64,000 nt of DNA from an uncultured bacterium. Its GTDB lineage: Bacteria; Verrucomicrobiota; Verrucomicrobiia; Verrucomicrobiales; DEV007. How positions within the stretch are numbered: position 1 is the first letter of the stretch; each line of letters starts with the position of its first letter. Where the stretch lies: positions 64,001 through 128,000 of the forward strand of contig CAXBMO010000015.1 of the NCBI GenBank assembly GCA_963977015.1. Reading direction: 5' to 3'. Below are positions 59,410-64,000 of this stretch, piece by piece. Both the position numbers and the translations under genes were made by a program. Below the pieces are notes generated by a model. It did no database searches. It was given only the letters and a program-made list of their open reading frames with translations, and was not told the origin of the DNA.

Positions 59410-60108
59410 TCACGCGTTTCTCGGGTAGGTATCCTCGGGGATCTCAAGATTTCCGGAAATGAGCTTAGGCTGGAGTGTCTCGCGAAGTTTAGTTAGACTC
59501 AGGAACTCGATGGCATTCCGATTGATTTTTTCGAATAGAGTCCCGGCAATTTCGGTGAATCTAGAGACAACAGCATCAGCTGGTAGATGCTGACTGATGT
59601 TGCTATTGTGGTTGCGATTTAGGGTTGCAACTGCAGATCCTGCATTATAACGCTCCAATCCAACGGTCTTAGGAAGGAAGTATGCGTGGTAGGGGGAGGA
59701 TCGTTTGTATTCCTTCACCCATAGTGTGGTATTAAGGGGCCAGAAATCTTGGTGCACGAAGGACACAACGCTCAATTTTCCGCTTCGGCCTGTAGCAACG
59801 GCGGGGAAGAGTGATTTGGGATCAGACAGGGTTGGGTGGTCGATGGAACCCTGTTGGGGGGTGCCGTTGGCAAGGGCTTGGCGGCGGACTTCGGCGCGGG
59901 GAGAGAGTTCGTCGGGGATCGGAATGCCGACTTCGAGGGCATTGTCGATCACCGGGTCAAAGTCCACAAACCAGCTTTTGAAGAGCGCCTGCGCCATCCC
60001 TTCCAGCTTCGCATTCTTCCGTCGATTCAACTCAATCTTGTCATCCAAGGTGTCCCAGAGGGTTTCCTCGAAGGATTTCGTGGGTTTTTTTGGGGAAACG
60101 TTCGCCAT
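59410..60108 (-). pseudogene. hsdS: HsdM N-terminus fused in frame to an internally deleted HsdS
   Basis: [10 protein letters not shown] (HsdM-like start) followed by [29 protein letters not shown] and C-terminal [12 protein letters not shown] (HsdS conserved regions). Confidence 0.75.
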
Positions 60109-60212
60109 TCTTGCTGCCTTTGCCGTGGATTCGCTCACTGAGTGGAGTTATTCACAACCCTGACTGACGTTCAATCCATTTATTTTGGAAATCTAAAGGA
60201 TTTGGGGAGCGT

Positions 60213-60242
60213 GAATCGTAGATTCGGCAGATGGGCGCAGAT
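60213..60242. repeat. 30-bp element, right boundary of defence island
   Basis: GAATCGTAGATTCGGCAGATGGGCGCAGAT; inverted 26/30 match to 52866-52895. Confidence 0.7.
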
Positions 60243-60479
60243 CCTTTGGGAGGTGGTTGCCGAAAGGGTTGAGTTGGGCATGCCGATCGCCCGCGCCACA
60301 GGTCCGGGTTGGGTTGGGTTGCCCGAAGCGCGCTTTTGATGGCAAATCGCGACATTTTGGAGGTGGTCGTCAAACACTCGAAGTCTCTGATTCTTTTATA
60401 TATACAAATAATTGTGGAAAACTAAATTATGGAAATTATAATCTGCCATGCTTGCTCATTCTTTTGATGACCAGGAACC

Positions 60480-62150
60480 ATGAAAACTACTTTCACTCCC
60501 CAGCGGACCACAGAAATTCTCAAGGAAGTCTATTCCAAGGCATCACTCGACGAAGTCACGGATCGCATCTTGAAGGCTGCCTGCGAAATCAGCAATTGCG
60601 TTCACGGCTCGTTTATCCGCGTTTGTTGGAAAACTCGCCTTCTCAGTATTGAATCGACAATCGGCCCGCACTGGAATGAGAACTTGCGAGCGCAGAAAAT
60701 TCCTCTCGGTGAGGGGATCACCGGACATTGTGCCTTAACCGGCCAAACCTACGTCTGCAATGATGCCCAGAACGATCCCAACTACATTCAGCTTTTTCCC
60801 TTCATTCAAAGCGAACTCGCTGTCCCGGTCGAAGTCGAAGGCAAAGTCTGGGGCATCATCAATTTGGATGGAATGAACGTCCATGAATACGGCCGGGAAG
60901 TGGTCGCTGAAATTGAAATGTTTGCTGGCTTGATCGCCGCTGCGATCGAGTACCGGCTGAAGAACGAAAACGATCGTCAGATTCATTTGCGCCTCGCTCA
61001 AGCGGAGAAACTCTCCACGGCTGGCGAGCTGTTGGCGGGAATCGCGCATGAGGTGAACAACCCATTGGCGGCCATCTTGGGAACGTCTTCGATGCTGGCC
61101 ACGGAGTTGACGGATCCTGAGCACTACGAAGCGGCGAAGCTCATCGAAAAACAAGCTCAGCGGGCCGGCAATCTGATTCACCAATTGCTTGCCTTCTCCC
61201 GCAAATCCGAAGGCGACAACCGGAAGGAAGACAACTTGATCGATGTCGTTCGCGAATCGATCGAATTTGTCCGTCCCCAACTTCGGCTCAAACGTTCGAC
61301 CCTGGAGTTCACCCTGCCGGATGGTTCGGAGCTGCGTTCCAAGTTGAATCGCGTTCAAATCCAACAGGTTTTGGTCAACCTGATGACCAATGCTCAACAC
61401 GCGATCGCCGATCGGGGGGAGGACGGCAGAATCTCCGTCAGCATTGAGAGTGATCAATCGAACGCCTACGTGGTTGTGCAGGACAACGGCACAGGAATGA
61501 GCCGCGAAGTTCGGAACAAGCTCTTTCAGCCGTTCTTCACCACCAAGGAAGAGGGTTCAGGAACGGGCCTGGGGCTTTCCATCTGTCAGGACATCGCGAA
61601 TCGCCACCTCGGGACGCTCGAATGCACCAGCACGGAGGGTAGGGGATCGTCCTTTCAGTTTCGGCTTCCTCTCAACGAGCCTGACGGAGGTAGTGAATCG
61701 ACTGCACCCGCCCAACTCCCTTCAGTCCCGTCAGAAAAATCGCGATCCAAGTCGGATCAGCATTTTGCGATTCTGATTGTGGAAGATGAGGACTCCATCC
61801 GCTGGATGTTGGCGAAACTCTTCCGCAAAATCAGCGAGGATGTTTCCGTTGCGGCCTCGGCAGAGGAAGCGCTTGAACTGTGCCAACAACAAGACTTTGA
61901 CATCATTGTCAGCGACATGCATATGCCGGGTCTCAGCGGGGTTGAGCTCTTCCACCGAATCCATCAGCAGAATGCGGCACAACATCCGAATTTCGTGCTC
62001 ATCACCGGCGACATCTCGGATCCGAAAATCCAGCAGCTTGCGTCGGAATCTGAGATCGAGGTCGTCAACAAGCCGTTTTCACCAATCGACCTCTTGGAGC
62101 ACATCAATCGGGTTCGCGAAGCTCCTTCGGCACTGCGATTGGCAGCGTGA
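60480..62150 (+). CDS. GAF-domain hybrid sensor histidine kinase / response regulator
   Basis: GEGITG...SELAVP (GAF), GIAHEVNNPL, QVLVNL..NA, DNG.GM, FFTTK..G.GTGLGL, receiver SDMHMPG. Confidence 0.93.
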   Translation: MKTTFTPQRTTEILKEVYSKASLDEVTDRILKAACEISNCVHGSFIRVCWKTRLLSIESTIGPHWNENLRAQKIPLGEGITGHCALTGQTYVCNDAQNDPNYIQLFPFIQSELAVPVEVEGKVWGIINLDGMNVHEYGREVVAEIEMFAGLIAAAIEYRLKNENDRQIHLRLAQAEKLSTAGELLAGIAHEVNNPLAAILGTSSMLATELTDPEHYEAAKLIEKQAQRAGNLIHQLLAFSRKSEGDNRKEDNLIDVVRESIEFVRPQLRLKRSTLEFTLPDGSELRSKLNRVQIQQVLVNLMTNAQHAIADRGEDGRISVSIESDQSNAYVVVQDNGTGMSREVRNKLFQPFFTTKEEGSGTGLGLSICQDIANRHLGTLECTSTEGRGSSFQFRLPLNEPDGGSESTAPAQLPSVPSEKSRSKSDQHFAILIVEDEDSIRWMLAKLFRKISEDVSVAASAEEALELCQQQDFDIIVSDMHMPGLSGVELFHRIHQQNAAQHPNFVLITGDISDPKIQQLASESEIEVVNKPFSPIDLLEHINRVREAPSALRLAA

Positions 62151-62299
62151 CGATTTGAGAATTTCGAGCAGCCGGTCCCACCGGCAGTGGCAGGGGATTC
62201 CATCATGAACCGGATCCCCGGCCTTTTGCCCACTGTGGTCGCCTAACCGCAGGTCTGGAATTGCTTGAGTCTTTCCCTGAGCCAGGTAATTAGAGCGGC

Positions 62300-63904
62300 A
62301 TGAAAACCGCCTCCGCCTACTCGTTCCTCTTCCTGTTGATCCTGTTCACCGGAGGCGTCGCCCGGCTTGAGGCGGGCGATCTGGTTCGTCCGGACGGCCG
62401 CATTGTATTCATCGGGGACAGCATTACGGGGCAGGGCGGTCGCGGAACGAACGGATGGATGGCGTTGATCGGCCGGGCATTGCAGGAGACGAATCCGGCG
62501 AATCAGCAGACGCTGGTGCCCCTGGGTGGAAGCGGGCACCGGGTGGGTTCGTGGGCAAACGTGGAACGGAAGAGCCGGGAAGCGGATGTCTTTCTGGATA
62601 TCAAGGAGTTCAACGTGCGCGAAGAACTGGACCAACCCGCCGGAATCGTGGTGATCATGTTGGGAATGAATGATGTCTTGTCAGCCGGGTTGGCAGACAC
62701 AGACGAAGGCTTGGAAAATTGGAAGGAGGCTTATCGCGGCCTGATCCAGGCGGTGCGCAAACGGGCCACGCCCCGGGTGCTGGCGTTGGCCACACCGACT
62801 CCCTGCACGGAGGATCCCGCGTCTCCCAAGAACCGGGTCATGGACCGGATGGTGGAAAAAATGACGATCCTGGCAGGGGAAGAGAACTGCCTCCTGCTTC
62901 CGACCCGCGCAGTGGCCTGGGAAATCCTGGATGCGGGGCGTGGGCGGAACTCGAACTTTCACATCACCAGCGATCAGGTGCATCCCAACAGAGCCGGACA
63001 CGCCATGATTGCCGCGGGAATGCTACGGGGACTCGGCGAGAAAGCGGCGTCCGATTGGGCACGGCAACTGGCCATTCCCTCGAATCCGGAGTCCCTCACC
63101 GCGACATTTACGCCGCTGGTTGGGGAGAACCCGGCTGAGCCGGCACGTTACCAGGTGACGGTGTCTCATCCCGAGGATGGCCAGGTTTCGTTGGAGCTTC
63201 CGGAAGGCTGGAAATCGATCAGCCGCGAAACAGGCGACGGTGAATCGGCTTACGTCATTGAGGAGGCTGAGGACGGCGGGCCGGCGCAACGAAGGCTGGT
63301 GGTTCGCCAGGGCGAGGCGAGTTGCGCGCTGCAAATCCCGGCCCCGTGGCTTGTCGGGTTCGGCAACGCGGGTGCTCAGGGTTGGAAGGGAGGGAAGTTC
63401 GAGGTGGAAACCGGTCGGCTCCCCAGCGACGAGTTCGTGAGAACAGGATCTGGAATCCGGGAGGCGATCGTGGCGGGGATGGAGCTGAGTTCCGGGGCGC
63501 CAGTGGCCTGGCAGCGGTTCACGGGGAATCTCAACTACGGCGGAGGCGGTGCTCCGGAGGTGGTCGATTTTGCGGCCCTGACCTATTTCCGCTCCGGGCA
63601 CACCGGATACGGAATGCGTTGGATTCACAGTCCCGCAGAGCAGCCGGTGCTGGTTCGCGTTTCGAGACCCGGGTTTGCCGGTGTGACTCACGCGGAGGTC
63701 TGGCTGAACGGTGCAACCGTCTACAGCGGTCCGCCGGAGAAGGCCAACAAGCAGGATTTCCCGGCTACGTTGCAGAGCGGCTGGAATCTGGTCTCGTTCA
63801 AAAGCAACTTCCTCCAGTGGCAATGGCAGTTGTCGGTCGGCGTGGTTGGTGCCGATGGGGAGGAACTGGACGGGCTGCGTTACGCGATTCTGCCGGCGCG
63901 GTAG
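62300..63904 (+). CDS. Exported SGNH/GDSL hydrolase with C-terminal extension
   Basis: Signal peptide, IVFIGDSIT, MLGMND, DQVHPN..GH. Confidence 0.87.
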   Translation: MKTASAYSFLFLLILFTGGVARLEAGDLVRPDGRIVFIGDSITGQGGRGTNGWMALIGRALQETNPANQQTLVPLGGSGHRVGSWANVERKSREADVFLDIKEFNVREELDQPAGIVVIMLGMNDVLSAGLADTDEGLENWKEAYRGLIQAVRKRATPRVLALATPTPCTEDPASPKNRVMDRMVEKMTILAGEENCLLLPTRAVAWEILDAGRGRNSNFHITSDQVHPNRAGHAMIAAGMLRGLGEKAASDWARQLAIPSNPESLTATFTPLVGENPAEPARYQVTVSHPEDGQVSLELPEGWKSISRETGDGESAYVIEEAEDGGPAQRRLVVRQGEASCALQIPAPWLVGFGNAGAQGWKGGKFEVETGRLPSDEFVRTGSGIREAIVAGMELSSGAPVAWQRFTGNLNYGGGGAPEVVDFAALTYFRSGHTGYGMRWIHSPAEQPVLVRVSRPGFAGVTHAEVWLNGATVYSGPPEKANKQDFPATLQSGWNLVSFKSNFLQWQWQLSVGVVGADGEELDGLRYAILPAR

Positions 63905-63949
63905 GATATCGTCGCAGAATTCGACGCAGTTTAAGGAACGATCGAACGA

Positions 63950-63985
63950 AAAATCCCGACCCCAACGAATTGGGATCGGGATTTT
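63950..63985. terminator. Hairpin, probable bidirectional intrinsic terminator
   Basis: AAAATCCCGA...TCGGGATTTT stem with inner CCCAA/TTGGG pairing. Confidence 0.7.
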
Positions 63986-64000
63986 CACGTGTCTTGAATG

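Larger units (their letters stand above)
52866..60242 (-). other. Defence island: decayed type I R-M locus with intact cargo genes
   Basis: All genes on the minus strand; hsdM/S/R stubs interleaved with helicase, nucleases and a TA pair; visibly more AT-rich than the flanks. Confidence 0.8.

Noticed and set aside
62160-62260. Weak hairpin upstream of the SGNH hydrolase
   Set aside because: Imperfect pairing, with no riboswitch or terminator signature I can support

Overview
Bacterial chromosomal window, probably Verrucomicrobiota or another PVC-superphylum member. This is inferred from PVC-type heme-binding proteins, a DUF1549/DUF1553 protein, a sulfatase, EboE and a fused lpxC-fabZ. Most of it is housekeeping or lineage-typical: sucA, sucB, rsfS, miaB, cdaA, folP, mgtE, lysC, chrA, thiolase, tRNA-His, rnc, lpxA, lpxC/fabZ, ruvX, serS and two hybrid histidine kinases. 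Two accessory regions stand out. (1) A 2.3-kb integrase-less islet sits in the 3' end of miaB between perfect 69-bp direct repeats and carries a type IV (AbiE-like) antitoxin/nucleotidyltransferase pair. (2) A ~7.4-kb defence island after serS holds a type I restriction-modification locus reduced to gene stubs, while its cargo is intact: a Hachiman-like nuclease plus Ski2-like helicase pair, a NucS-like/DUF4268 nuclease and a second AbiE TA pair. Imperfect 30-bp inverted repeats bracket this island. Non-coding signals include a candidate oriC between rnc and lpxA, a 205-nt nested palindromic element, and a GTAG-type REP doublet that supplies the stop codons of two convergent genes. No CRISPR array, rRNA, transposase or integrase was seen. 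All family calls come from reading motifs by eye, not from database searches.
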